A stretch of 63,309 bases of DNA, filler included, from Globobulimina sp. (GCA_003354225.1; 45 parts of 45 records of this genome joined end to end with filler, not necessarily neighbours in it); one strand, 5' to 3'; counted from the first letter of the whole stretch, positions 48,825 through 61,901 are shown. Notes: generated from the sequence alone by a model not told the origin. Translations and numbers: made by a program.

Positions 48825-50737
48825 CTCATTGCTTCACTAAAAATCCAATATCACATTTATTTATAAATTATGTGTGTTCCGGACTCAGAAATAACATAAT
48901 GTTTTTGTGCAACACTGGCAGCAAAACACAAATTATCACACATTTTGGATTCCAGAAATTATAAAATTAAATTTGAAAAATAGAACCAATCACAGACAAA
49001 ATAAAAATACAACACACATTGGTTCACAACAACAAATCTAAAGCACAAACACACTAAATGTGGGATTGAGGGTTTTGAGAGGGAGTGTAAATAATTTTAA
49101 ATATTAATTATAATTAATTATAAATATTTACTTTAATTAATAACAACTGGAAATTCAGCACCATTCTCAGCATTTGATTGTGTATCCACTGATTCTCTGC
49201 TAACACCACTACTATATACGGGCACAATANNNNNNNNNNNNNNNNNNNNNNNNNNNNNNNNNNNNNNNNNNNNTTAATTAATTAANNNNNNNNNNNNNNN
49301 NNNNNNNNNNNNNNNNNNNNNNNNNNNNNGCACTTAACGTTGTCTGAGAGCAAAAGTAGGGTCATTTTTGAATTCCTCACATCCCAATTGACCAAGTGTG
49401 ACATTAAACTGGTTATTGTAAGGAAGTATGTGACGAAGGGTACCAAAAAACCGTTTTTTGCCCTTTTTTGGCCAATTTGACTGATTTCAGATGGAAGTGC
49501 TTTCACGAAATCGTGCATAATTTTTCAGGGTTTCATTTTTGGAAAAAATGTCAGGAGATCAAAAATGCTTAAAATTGCATGGGGAATCGAACTGTATACT
49601 CGGATTTCATTACTGAGTTTTTAGGAAAACCCGTATTTTTTAGGTTTCAACAAAACGGGTAGTCAACTTTCTCCAGAGTTCAAATTAATATCGCTATCAA
49701 GTCGGTGGGAGTCAGGGGAACAACTTTGCCGTTGAACACTTTTTGATTGGAGCACGTTTTAAAATAGAAAACCTCAAAAAACCTCCAAGATCAATTGTTT
49801 TGAAACGTACTTTAGTGCCACATTTTTTTGTACTTTTATTGCTTTTGTTAACTTTTTCGGGCAGTTTCCATTGAAATAGATGCTAAAATTGACCAATAAA
49901 CAACCAATATAAACGGCTTCCATCCTAAACAATAGGACTTCAACAATATTGTAATTATTATGCAGTGAAGGAAAGTCAGAGATCGTGCAAAACCCTATTT
50001 GCAACATTCTTCATCGTCTCAGTAAGTTTGCGTGTTTAGACTGGAATCCATTGTATGTTGGAGAGTAGGTATTTATTATTCAATAATAATAAGTCTGACT
50101 TGTTTAATTTAATTAATTTAATTATTTCAGCTTGACTTCTAAATACTATTTTTCTACAACTGGTTCTTGGATGAAAGCTGTGCTGCGGAATAGAAAATAC
50201 TGTAATAAAAAGGATAAAAGGAACAGAAGCTGAGACATAGAAATATGTGAAATGTAAATAAAATTGAAAATGTAACTGAGTAGCACTAAATTCTGAAATG
50301 ACAAACTAAGTTTCACATTCAACGTACCTATAAGAAAGTGAAAAGAAAATGCTCTTACTCTGTTTTTTTAATTATTTATCGACCTTTTTCGGGCAGTTTC
50401 GAAAGCAATAAAATTCAAAATATAGATAAATACTGTACATTGTACAAAACTGAGGAAAATATTTTGAAATGCACTTTAGGTTTTTCGGAATTCAAGCCTC
50501 CTAGCATCCTTCAAGCATCAAGCTTGCATCACTGATCCGCATAATTAAAAAAATGCTCGATGCGACCACTATGCTAACATCTTTTTTTCGAGCGCTTTTT
50601 ATATGCAAGTTAGACCAGATTTACTAAATCCTCGTTCNNNNNNNNNNNNNNNNNNNNNNNNNNNNNNNNNNNNNNNNNNNNTTAATTAATTAANNNNNNN
50701 NNNNNNNNNNNNNNNNNNNNNNNNNNNNNNNNNNNNN

Positions 50738-51359
50738 ATAGTATCGTTCCAATTTGGCTCTGATCGCTTTGACACTTTGTTCGGCCAAAAAGCTTTTTTG
50801 GTTCCTTCCCTGGGTAGTCTTATGTCTCGAGGGCACGTTTCCTTTCAACAACGTGAATTCTGTACCTAAAATCGCGATCGTCAAACATACAAATCGACAT
50901 ACAAAATACCATAATTTAAAACATAACTAAATCTGTATACAATGTATGTGGCCATATATTTTCGTTTTGATTCTCGATGATACTTCTCATTGTTTTTAAT
51001 GTCGTCTTAGCTTTCATACCTCTCTGAGTTTTGGCAAAAATTTTATTGGAAAAAGAATCTCTACACACAACCAAATGTGGAAGTTTAGTATGGCGAAATA
51101 GGGCGGTATCACAAGAAAAGCTTAAATTTGGACCAGTTGACACATATTTGTTGAATTGGGTTTGTTTTCCACGTCTTTTTCTCGGTCTTCTGTGCCGCAA
51201 ATAGGGGGCTTGCTTGTTTAAGAACAGTTTTACCCGTTTCAATGTAATGGTGGGGTCGATTCGTTGGGCGGTTTTAAATAAAACGTCTCGCCCGGCGAAG
51301 GAAGCTGGACTCGACAGTTTATACCAGAGATCGGACAAAAGTTGGTCTCCTTGCGCCAT
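50738..51359 (-). mobile_element. Polinton/Maverick integrase, N-terminal and core part, interrupted at about 50927-50866
   Basis: WYKLSSPASFAG..VKLFL, SCD, VCRDSFS, LYTDL // GTEF..KSFLAEQSVKAIRAKLERY. Confidence 0.8.
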
Positions 51360-51372
51360 CGCAACAACAGCG

Positions 51373-52045
51373 CTAGTACCAGGCAGTAATACGCAATAAT
51401 ACAATACCAATCAACTCCCAATCGCTGGATTCATATAGTCGCCTAGATTCTTCTTCGATATTTTTTCTTAAGATTTTGTTTTCCAATGTCCTTACGCTAG
51501 CATTATTGGAAATGTCCAATGGAAAGTGTTTGGGGAAAATAGCTGTATTTGAACTTGGATAGAAATAACGTAATTTACCATTTATTCTGGAGCGCAAAAG
51601 TAATCCCAAATCTACCTTCACCATAACTTTAGGTCGTCGTTTAATTTTATTTTTCAATGTTTTCAGAGCAACTCTCACATCGCTCCTGTCTAACGTTTTC
51701 TTGATCTTTAGACGGTGGTATATTTCTACTTTCTTTTTAAAAAATCCATAGTCCGTAGCGCAGTCAACGTAACTGTTCAAATAATTTTCGGCTTCCGTAT
51801 CCCCAATCTTGGCATCGCTGTTGTCTTGTCGCTCCCATGGGCGCACCATAGAGCTCGGACCCGCATCTTGCTGTTCCAAATCGTCGGTGTCGGAGGTTCC
51901 ACTGGCTGCGCCGCCGCCACCATCGTCATATTCGGTCGGGTGATCGTGGGCTTGATGTTGCTGCAAAGTACTTGGTTTTTTGAACCTTCTTCGACAAAGG
52001 CTGCACTTCGTGGGCTTGATGTTGCTGCAAAGTACTTGGTTTTTT
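51373..52045 (-). CDS. Polinton-associated hypothetical protein, 5'-partial
   Basis: KVDLGLLLRSRINGKLRYFYPSSNT..SSDWELIG resembles a conserved Polinton ORF (from memory); lies immediately upstream of the integrase; 36-bp direct repeat near the contig end. Confidence 0.5.
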
Positions 52046-52145
52046 NNNNNNNNNNNNNNNNNNNNNNNNNNNNNNNNNNNNNNNNNNNNTTAATTAATTA
52101 ANNNNNNNNNNNNNNNNNNNNNNNNNNNNNNNNNNNNNNNNNNNN

Positions 52146-53360
52146 GCTTTTTATGTGAAGAGATGGGTTTGGGCAAAACTGTAATATCGTTAGCTTTGAT
52201 TAATTGCAATGGGAAAAGTATGCTAAGTGATGGAGTAGAAATTGCTCAGACTGAAATTCGTCAGAAAACCAGGCTTGACTGGAATACTCAGACTGAAATT
52301 CCAACATCAACGGTTGTGCATTATAGTGAAGAATATAAATGGTATAAATCACGAGCAACACTGATAATTGCACCAGTTTCATTGGTAATACTTTTATTAC
52401 ATTTGCTTACAACATATTTATTTAATATGATTTTGTTTTTGTTCAGGTAGGACAATGGGAGAAAGAATGTGATACAAAAAGCACAAAAAAGATTAAATAC
52501 GTTCGATATTACGGCTCGCGATCAAGAAATGTGGCATCGTATATCAACCAAGATATTGTATTTACAACCTATGGTATTATAGCTGTGGAAAATGGCGATG
52601 ATCGAAGAAATCATATTTTACATCAAATCGAATGGCATCGTATTATATTGGACGAGAGTCATTATATTAAAAACGGAAATTGCAAAACCTCCAAAAATAT
52701 CTTACAATTGCGAGGTATTAACAAGTGGTGTTTAACGGGCACGCCATTTGGCAGACGAATCTATGATATTTACAATCAATTAAAATTTATTGGACTCAAA
52801 ACTGAACATTTAAATGCCTTAAATCTGCAAATAATTTCCAACATGAAACTATTCAATGGGAGCAATCCCGTAAACTCTGCAAGTTCGCAATGTAACGCTT
52901 TAATGAATGTGATGCAATGTATGGTTATGAGGCATAGAAAAGCACAGAAATTCAACGAGAAAGCGATTGTAATCATGCCGGAAAAGAAAGAAAATGTAAT
53001 ATTTGTTGAATTTACTGCAAAGCAAAAGGAATATTATGATAAATTGTATGCCACTGCACAGGAAAGGTTTAATTATTATAAAACCACTGGCAACATTGGA
53101 CGTGGTTGCATCTCCATATTGGCCTCATTGCATCCCGCAAGGCAAGCTTGTTCCGGCTACATTTACAGCAAAAGCAACATTGAACAGGAATTGTCATTGG
53201 CGCAGACGAAGACCTTTCGAATCAAAAACATGGTGCAACAAAATGCCAACCGCAACTTATCGCGACAGGAATTATTTGCCATGGCCAAACATGAGGCATT
53301 CAACACCGATGGTGAGTGTCCCATATGTTTCGAGTGTCCTTTTGACGAACCCCAAGACAA
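52146..53360 (+). CDS. SNF2-family helicase with RING finger (Rad5/HLTF/Rad16-like), partial; intron about 52386-52451
   Basis: EEMGLGKT, TLIIAPVSL|GQW, RIILDESH, WCLTGTP, CPICFEC. Confidence 0.9.
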
Positions 53361-53363
53361 ATT

Positions 53364-53453
53364 AGTAAGGCCCTTAAGGGCCTTATAAGGCCTTTGAGAC
53401 CTTATGAAGCCATTCGGGGCCTTATAAGGCCGTTAAGGGCCTTATGCGTCCCT
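53364..53453. repeat. Palindromic short-period repeat (TAAGGCCCTTAAGGGCCTTATAAGGCC-like)
   Basis: Abruptly replaces the RING coding sequence. Confidence 0.75.
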
Positions 53454-53553
53454 NNNNNNNNNNNNNNNNNNNNNNNNNNNNNNNNNNNNNNNNNNNNTTA
53501 ATTAATTAANNNNNNNNNNNNNNNNNNNNNNNNNNNNNNNNNNNNNNNNNNNN

Positions 53554-53796
53554 GAGTGGTTCGATTTCTATCCGGCATCCAAAATTTTCCAGCTCAGATT
53601 GTATCATTTCTGCTTCGTTCAGATGATCAACTTTACAAATCACGCGAGGCGTATCAGATAAAAGGCACTTGATTTCATGATCTGACAGGCAGACGTTGTT
53701 ATGCAGAAATGCCACAAGCGGTTTCCTTTGAACCTTATCGGTAAACTGATTTAAAACAAGCATAAATCGCCGGCTATCTGTTTTTGTATGATTCAT
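53554..53796 (-). CDS. Bacterial protein with ribosomal L7/L12 C-terminal-like domain, 3'-partial
   Basis: EIKCLLSDTPRVICKVDHLNEAEMIQSELENFGCRIEI; operon-like spacing. Confidence 0.5.
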
Positions 53797-53798
53797 AA

Positions 53799-54035
53799 TT
53801 AATTATCAGTCTGGAACATAAAAGAACTTATAAGGTGTACATTCAACTTTTTGCTGACGAACAGACTTCTGTCCACTACAAAATCATTTGAATATCCGCA
53901 CGGACAATCACATCTGATGTGGGCGAAAATTCTTGATTCCATAAAGCGTGTCACATCCTTTGTTGCTGAATTGCCACATGTGGGGCAAATGAAGGTAGCC
54001 TGATTATTCTTAATAATGAGTACTTTTTCAGACAT
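53799..54035 (-). CDS. Bacterial zinc-ribbon protein (resembles N-terminus of deltaproteobacterial PilZ proteins)
   Basis: ATFICPTCG..IRCDCPCGY. Confidence 0.55.
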   Translation of the reverse strand: MSEKVLIIKNNQATFICPTCGNSATKDVTRFMESRIFAHIRCDCPCGYSNDFVVDRSLFVSKKLNVHLISSFMFQTDN

Positions 54036-54074
54036 GGTATCACTTTTGTAAATTCCCGATGTGTTACTTCTGTT

Positions 54075-54293
54075 CTATTGGCACGAAATAATTTTATCAG
54101 CCAGATCGACCTGGTTTGGTGTAAGGCCGGCAGGAACCATCACCTCGCCCACCACTATAGCAACCAGATAGCGCGCACAATTAATGAAGTTATTTCTGCA
54201 AAATTTATTCATCAACTCATCATCTATTTCCGGTATATTCAATACATTATCGGTAATAAACATACAGTCGGATAAATACTCACAAATAATCAT
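54075..54293 (-). CDS. Small Cys-rich bacterial hypothetical protein
   Basis: CEYLSDCMF..FCRNNFINCARYLV..VPAGLTPN; AAGGAG Shine-Dalgarno just upstream. Confidence 0.7.
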   Translation of the reverse strand: MIICEYLSDCMFITDNVLNIPEIDDELMNKFCRNNFINCARYLVAIVVGEVMVPAGLTPNQVDLADKIISCQ

Positions 54294-55240
54294 GATTATC
54301 TCCTTTTAAATCTTCTTTATTGAATATCCTGGTGTGTTCTTTGAGATCAAGAAGGATACAGAACACGTGTTTCTTGCTACTGATAAACAAGTCTACAGTT
54401 AAAATAGTTTTTAAATTTAACGGTGTAAAAATTCTGCGTAATTATATAAATATATTAGTGTGAAGCGATTCCATTATCCGGAAACCAGTCACAAGCGACT
54501 CAAGTCAGGGCGGGATTTATATTTTGGTAACAGTATTTGATCAACAATTTTGAAAATTATTATATTATAATGTTATCAATATTAAAAAAATGCGCAATTG
54601 GATATTAGAGTTATAAATATTAGACTTTAGTCTAATACAGGAAGGCTAAAACGGGTAGCTAAAGAGAATATAATAATGAACAATACTGGACTTACAAGGA
54701 TGGCGGCGGACTGAACTTACCCTCCTGATGCATGATGTTTTTGCCTCTACCCTAAAGCGAAGCGCTCCTCAAACGTAGTGCTCCTCAAGCGAAGCGGTCC
54801 TGCTTGGGTTGCGGGTTTGTGTTTTGTGTATTGGAATTTGTCATTTGTTATTCGGAATTTANNNNNNNNNNNNNNNNNNNNNNNNNNNNNNNNNNNNNNN
54901 NNNNNTTAATTAATTAANNNNNNNNNNNNNNNNNNNNNNNNNNNNNNNNNNNNNNNNNNNNTGTGTATTTCCGCCTATACGCCATACGGACTTTGCCGAA
55001 TTGGTTGATTGTTTGTTGCATTATAATGTTCGATAATTCCTTTTAGTCATTGTGGAGTATTCGGGAAATCCCAAATATAGTCTCGTATCCATTCATTCAG
55101 TAGGAAATCGTTAATTGAATCCAACCAATGATATTGAAAGCTCTGTCTCCGTTCAACAGGGGGAGCAAAGTCACCGTCATCAGCGTCCTGTGACATGATC
55201 AAGTTTTGGAGTACACAACTTGCTGCCTCTGGCTTTGAAT

Positions 55241-56080
55241 ATGAGTGATGGAGTAGAGAAGCTTACAAATGAGATGATTGCTTGCGAACACGTTATATAT
55301 AAATCATTTGATCAGTTGTTTAATTGTATGAATCAACGGAAAAATAACTTATTGTCTGATTTGAAACAAAAATTTCAAATCAAAATGGATCTCAATATGC
55401 ATGAAAATGAAAACAATATGGACATTAATGTAGAAATTGTGCATTGTGTTACAGAAACTATTGTAAATGCAATAAGCAACTACGGATCAATACAAATTTG
55501 CAACAATAAATCTAAAGTGAATAAGCCGACACAACAAAATGAGGAAAAGGACAATGAAACAGAATCCGATGATGACACAGAGTCATTCTGGGATCATACA
55601 AACAGTCATGACTCGTTTGTAATGAATCAACATATGATACATAAAGAAATCGAGGATGAAGATATATTTTGCAATGCATTCGGCAATGAAATTATATATA
55701 AACCAACTGTAAAGACATGGAAATTAAAGTTGTGCCAGTCTTTGGATGATAAACCTTTAAATTGTGTGATTGGTATAATTGATACAGACAAAATTAATGA
55801 AAATATGGAAGGTGATTTTGCAGAATCTCAAAATGGGGGATATGGATTATCGACAAATAATGGAAATATATATTATTCAACTGATTTTGGGACAAAATAT
55901 GCAAATAAATTAGTTGTAAATGATATCATAGCAATACAACTGAATATGAATAATGGCACACTTAAGTATATAGTCAATGAGATTGATTATGATGTTGCAT
56001 TCAAGAATATTGATTGTGATAAATCATATCAATTAGCAATAGCTATGGATAGAAGAGAGCAGATAGCCGCTGTTGACTGA
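55241..56080 (+). CDS. Coiled-coil plus B30.2/SPRY-like domain protein
   Basis: WKLK..CVIGII..GYGL..DIIAIQLNMNNGTLKYIVNEIDYDVAF..YQLAI. Confidence 0.7.
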   Translation: MSDGVEKLTNEMIACEHVIYKSFDQLFNCMNQRKNNLLSDLKQKFQIKMDLNMHENENNMDINVEIVHCVTETIVNAISNYGSIQICNNKSKVNKPTQQNEEKDNETESDDDTESFWDHTNSHDSFVMNQHMIHKEIEDEDIFCNAFGNEIIYKPTVKTWKLKLCQSLDDKPLNCVIGIIDTDKINENMEGDFAESQNGGYGLSTNNGNIYYSTDFGTKYANKLVVNDIIAIQLNMNNGTLKYIVNEIDYDVAFKNIDCDKSYQLAIAMDRREQIAAVD

Positions 56081-56369
56081 CACGACACCGGTTCACTGAC
56101 TGAGTGTTGTATCCTCGCACTTCACTTGTTTTTGTTATATCTTCAAAACTTTAATACGGAAAACCAATCATAGCAATTAAGAATATTTGAACGAACACTA
56201 CAAAGTACAAACAGAAACAATACAAATTATTATTTTTAAGCTCGAATAGTTTGATGTCAGAATGTTTACNNNNNNNNNNNNNNNNNNNNNNNNNNNNNNN
56301 NNNNNNNNNNNNNTTAATTAATTAANNNNNNNNNNNNNNNNNNNNNNNNNNNNNNNNNNNNNNNNNNNN

Positions 56370-57144
56370 CTCTATATATTTATTTATTGGGCAATATATG
56401 TGATATCAGCAACTTCGGCTTTTACGGGCAAACCTGTTGAAACCAGCACAGATACACTGATAACGCGATGTTTATTTGATGCATGGAAGTGGTGGTTCGT
56501 TATATTTGCAGATTGTGTTGATTTATTTAATAGTATTACGACGTTGATGTTATTTTTGGTTCCGTTAATAAAATCCATTCGTAAATTAGAAACAGATGAT
56601 ACTGTCAATAATCGCTTATTGGCAAAATTTATTGCTGCCATGAAATGGAATGTTGTTTTATCATTTATTGCAACAATGTCTTCTGTTAAGATCTTCTATA
56701 ATTTATTCTGACACTTCTATAAGTTTCTTACATCTGACATTTATTTTTTGGAGTTATGTTGTTTGGTTTAATAATTGCAATTTATTTTTTATTACATAGG
56801 TAATCACATTAATCGCACTGCCCAACGTGAAGGAGTATGCGTGGTTCTTTTGTGTTGGAGACCCATTCGTGAATTCAGTTTGTGTGTTTTTGATGATGGC
56901 TACAAACAGAAAATTTATAAAAAACAGATGTCGCCGTTTTCAAATTCCGCATTCAATTGAAATTAGTGAATTAAAATCAAAAACAAAAGCCACCTCTTAT
57001 GATATGGGTGATATTGACATTGCTCCCGCCGATATTGGAAATGTAGAAGGTGTTGCATCCGAATTTAGCAAATCTGATGATCAGAATTTAAGAGTTGAAC
57101 GGCTCGTCACATTGCCATTACCGTATCAATCTCATTCATGTTAA
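56370..57144 (+). CDS. Orphan 7TM (GPCR-like) protein, 3' part; intron about 56685-56799
   Basis: Aligns by eye with 38116-39355 (CLFD..FNS..PL..KWN..SS|..MATNRKF); GDPFVN in the last helix. Confidence 0.65.
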
Positions 57145-57601
57145 TTAATTGTTTCATTGTATGACGTATTACCGCATTAAAACTTGTATATAATATTATA
57201 ATATATTATGTATATTAAAATATATTATGTAAAAAACAGATGACTGACTGGTTTAATAATTATAACACAAAAAAAATAATTACGTAAACTGGTCGCGTCT
57301 AAATCGCTCCTAAATCGTGTTACATCTTTTTTTTGTTCTTTTTTTTGTTTTTGTGTGTATTAAAAATGTGATAAATTAATATATTTATTCTTTATAAAAA
57401 GCCCAGAAAATATCCAAAAAAATAGAAGCACTTTTTTTTGTAATTCAGAAAAATAATTAATTGTAGCTAAAGAACTCGGAACTTCAGAAAGCTGGGATAT
57501 ACATTACCATCACCAGTACAGTACTATCATCTGTATCAATCCTACCATCGTTGGACCAAGAAACTAATTCCTACTATTTACACCACCAATGTCCATGTAC
57601 A

Positions 57602-57677
57602 TAAGGGAATGTTGTTAAATTACGTAATTAAAATTTGACCCTAGGTCCTATGTCCCATCAAAAAAAACTCTGTTAGT
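57602..57677 (+). mobile_element. Zator-like transposon terminus (start at 57605 after TAA)
   Basis: TAA-GGGAATGTTGTTAAATTACGTAATTAAAATTTGACCCTAGGTCC matches the ends at 3224 and 16937. Confidence 0.7.
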
Positions 57678-57868
57678 NNNNNNNNNNNNNNNNNNNNNNN
57701 NNNNNNNNNNNNNNNNNNNNNTTAATTAATTAANNNNNNNNNNNNNNNNNNNNNNNNNNNNNNNNNNNNNNNNNNNNCTACGATATGGATAATCAGTGGC
57801 CTGACGCGAGGTGGTTGTTTTATCTGGCCGAGCTCCCTGTAAAGTTATAGCGTGTGTGCACGTATTAA

Positions 57869-59085
57869 ATGCCTGTCGCGGCCAAAGCGATTTATGTACA
57901 AAATGTAAATAATATTTCTTCTGTTACTACTGTTTTAAATGACGTTATATCTACTAACAAATATGTTTTACCTACTAATTATTTACAGAATAACGAAGAT
58001 GAAATAGAAGAGAAAATTATAGAAATTTCTTGCAAATTTTGCTTAGAATCAAGAAAATGTGTAAAATGTAGAAAGGAAGAAAGAGAACGTAAACAGAAAT
58101 TAGACAAAGAATTAGAAGTTAAAAGAAAGGAATTGATTAACAATCCTCTCAGAATTCAACCGAAAAGAAAGGTAAAAACTAAAACAGAATTAGAAGCAAA
58201 AATTAGAAAAAATCCCCAAGATTATGATATAAATTATAAAGGAAAAGCTAAGGAGGCTTCCGATAGTAATGAACTCACTATGGTGAAGAATTACATCGAG
58301 AAACCCTCAGAAGCTGAAATAGATTTAAAAACTGACGATGATATACGGTCCAAAAACCTTGTACATACAGATGTACATACTGGAGTACGGACCGAAAACC
58401 CCGTAAATACAGAAGTACATACTGAGGTACGGATAGATAATATTGATATTAAGACTGGGGTTAAAACCGACATAAATACGGATGCACATACTGAATTACG
58501 GACAGAAAACAAAGATATTCATAGATTAAAGAGACAGGTGGAAGAGATACGAAATTACGAAAATGTATCAAATACGCCGTATTCTCCTAAATTTTTAGAC
58601 ATGGATTTAATAAATTCAAATTTAGAATCAACTATATAACTTGAAACGACAATTGAAATTGCAAATGTAAATGAAAGTGAAAACGAAATGATAACAGAAG
58701 ACCTGATTAAAGAAGGTCAAAAATTATTAGAGAAAACTGAAAATCATAAGCAAAAATGGATGGCAAGCTATATTCAGAAAAAATGTCAGCCATCAATAGC
58801 ATGTCAAACGGAATATAATATTATAAGTAAAAATGAAAAATGGACACAATGCTCAGATATTAATAATGTTGGAATTCAACAATCTGGGAAAGTACTTAAG
58901 AAAAATGTAGAAAGTCAAACTGAAATTAAATCAATAGATGAAAGCTGTCAAACAGAAATACAAATAATAGATGATATTACGATAATTATTGACGAAGAAT
59001 CTATAAGAAAGATGACGATTTTAAATAAATGGACACAATGCTCAGATATTAATAATGTTGGAATTCAACAATCTGGGAAAGTACT
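57869..59085 (+). CDS. Hypothetical K/E-rich protein with CxxC..CxxC and internal repeats, stop at 58637
   Basis: Two same-frame ORFs; HTDV/HTEV repeats; about 59 bp duplicated at the contig end. Confidence 0.35.
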
Positions 59086-59185
59086 NNNNNNNNNNNNNNN
59101 NNNNNNNNNNNNNNNNNNNNNNNNNNNNNTTAATTAATTAANNNNNNNNNNNNNNNNNNNNNNNNNNNNNNNNNNNNNNNNNNNN

Positions 59186-60131
59186 CGGATATATTTAACA
59201 TTGCTGCTGGAACAGATTTAGATTTATTTGCTGTGCGCCATATGATATTATCGTTTCCGTCATCAACCCCTGGTTCCAACCATGATAAATGAGTGTAACG
59301 GCATGCTTTGAATACATTCTTTTGTTTTGGACAATATCCGTCATTCCATCTACAGACCAATGCTGAATTTATTTCTTTGTTGCAATTGCCAAAATTGAGT
59401 GCAGTGTTTTCTTTGTTTCTGATTGTTTTTAGTTTGTTGATTATAGGAATACTGTTTAAGTTAATTTGATAGCCTCGGATTTCATCGTTTGTTGTTGGTA
59501 TTATTTGGTCAACATTTTCGCGAAATATTTTCAATGTCAATAAATATGGTTTTTGTAACTTATGCAATTCCCTGATGTAATCTCTATTATTTTTCTTATT
59601 TTTCTTTTTTTGAATGCGTTGTTTTATATAATATCGATGGTACGGTTCAATTGGAATATTTATTTCAATAAATTTATTTTCAGTTTGCGTGTTCATGATT
59701 GCAATACCTTTCCATCGTGAAATAATACACGCATTTAACGTTTTCATTAATTGCGACTGATTGTAATTAAAATGATGAATACAGCGAGCAGAACATGCAA
59801 AATTTATAATCATTACTTTTTTATGCAATTTGGAAAGTAAATCACGTTGGCCGTGGTGCTTTGGATTTAGTCGTAACTGTTTATTTGTGACTGTGTAATT
59901 TAATATTTTGAAAATGAATAAATCGCGTTCTGCAGCACTTCTTATTATTAAGTGTATCAATACATAGTGTTTATTCATATCCGCTAATTGACTTAATTTT
60001 ATGTGTTCAATCTGATCAGGATGTAATAATAATTTGTTTAAATACAAATCGTGCATAACATCTTTGCATGTCTGGTACTGTCTTATTTCATCAGATATTA
60101 AATGAACTGATCTTAGCTGTTCATGTGACAT
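59186..60131 (-). CDS. Basic hypothetical protein with CCCH-like finger, 3'-partial
   Basis: ORF over 310 codons; CRWNDGYCPKQKNVFKACRYTH. Confidence 0.45.
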
Positions 60132-60593
60132 TCTTAGCTGTTAACTTGGGGAAAACGCGTTTTTTTAATTTAAATCTTATACTAAACTCATGTCGTCACA
60201 AAAGCCGCTTCCAGTCAGTTCAAGTCATTCGGATATTGCAAATGTGATAGACATGATGCTAAAGAATGATATGTAGGCTATCTTACGTTTATAGTATTTT
60301 ATCAGAAGTCAATCGTGTTAACACATTTTCGGGTACACCTGGTTTTGCCGTGTTTCTAAATGACTTTATTAGACTTTTATAGCACGTACAAAAAAGTGTT
60401 TTTCGTTTCTATTTTTTGAAACACTTAAAGTTTGGAGGCTTAGGTTCGTGAAAAATAAAACGTTTTATCCCAAAAAACGCCTATAAAAAAGTTNNNNNNN
60501 NNNNNNNNNNNNNNNNNNNNNNNNNNNNNNNNNNNNNTTAATTAATTAANNNNNNNNNNNNNNNNNNNNNNNNNNNNNNNNNNNNNNNNNNNN

Positions 60594-61901
60594 AGTTGTC
60601 ATGATGAGTACCCAAAGATGTTTTCTTACAGTAAGGTACATGGCTGTGTTTAGAAGCATTTTATCAATTCTGAACAATAAAAGGAATTAAATAATACTAC
60701 TTGATGTGTAATTAAGAACAAAAACGAGTTGTAATGCAAATCTTTCTGTAAATCCAATGATTTAATTAATTGTAGTTAGGATAAATCGCCTTTTGTGTAT
60801 ACCCAAATTTCAAAAACACACAAAGATATCATGCAAAATATATATCATTACAGTCTCATTATTATGGCCCTATCATAATATTAAACACATATAAATACTG
60901 CTTCCTCATTCCATCGATTGATTTATGGGATATGCTATATGCTATATGCATATCTAAACTTTACATATATTAATCACAAAATAAATATGATGTCAATAAC
61001 GATTAATTTGTAATTGTAATTGATTGATCATGACATAATCATATTTTAAATATATTTATTTGTTTTTTGTTGTTGTTTTATATGCTTTTCAATGTCAACA
61101 AAATGTACGAACAAAATTATAGGTTTTAAGGGTAATTGTATTTGTTTTATAATTGTTTTGGTACAAAATGAATCACAATTACTGAATAAATCAAATTATT
61201 GAATAAATTTATGGATAATCTCAATGATCCAATGATAAAATACCATTTGTAATAAATTGACGAGTCTCTTTTCATAAAATTAAATATAAAAATTTATACA
61301 AAATATCAAATAATCCATAACATTTTTGTCTGATTAATAAATTATATTACAAAATGACATCCAAATAAAATTAATGTCATATGTTTGTAATATTGTTTTT
61401 AATATACTGTATGACGCAATTTTTAATATATCTCATTCCAATCCATTAAACCATGATAGTAATAATTCAAATATATAAATCAATATTTTAATTAATTTTA
61501 TTGTTTCATTAATCATTTTTAATAATTCAATAAAATTCATAAAATCTGTCAAATTTATTTATTATATTTCTGATATATTCTTTAATAATATTATTCTTTT
61601 TCTGAACATTAAATGTATTATGCATGCCAAATTTGTCATTATTTGATAGCCAATCCATAAAGGTTTTTTTTTAGTTAATTTATTTTGCGAGTTCGTCAGT
61701 TCGATCAATGAATATTTGCTATGATGGTTGAATAAGTCATCGATGATGTTTCTGGCGCGATATTTTATGTAATTATTAACACATTACACATCAAGTAGTA
61801 TTATTTAATTCCTTTTATTGTTCAGAATTGATAAAATGCTTCTAAACACAGCCATGTACCTTACTGTAAGAAAACATCTTTGGGTACTCATCATGACAAC
61901 T
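60594..61901. repeat. Contig bounded by perfect 119-bp inverted repeats (60594-60712 and 61783-61901)
   Basis: Exact reverse-complement match of the two contig ends. Confidence 0.95.

Noticed and set aside
49330-50637. Short ORFs in this contig and in 26788-27200
   Set aside because: No recognisable motifs; looks like non-coding or repeat-derived DNA.
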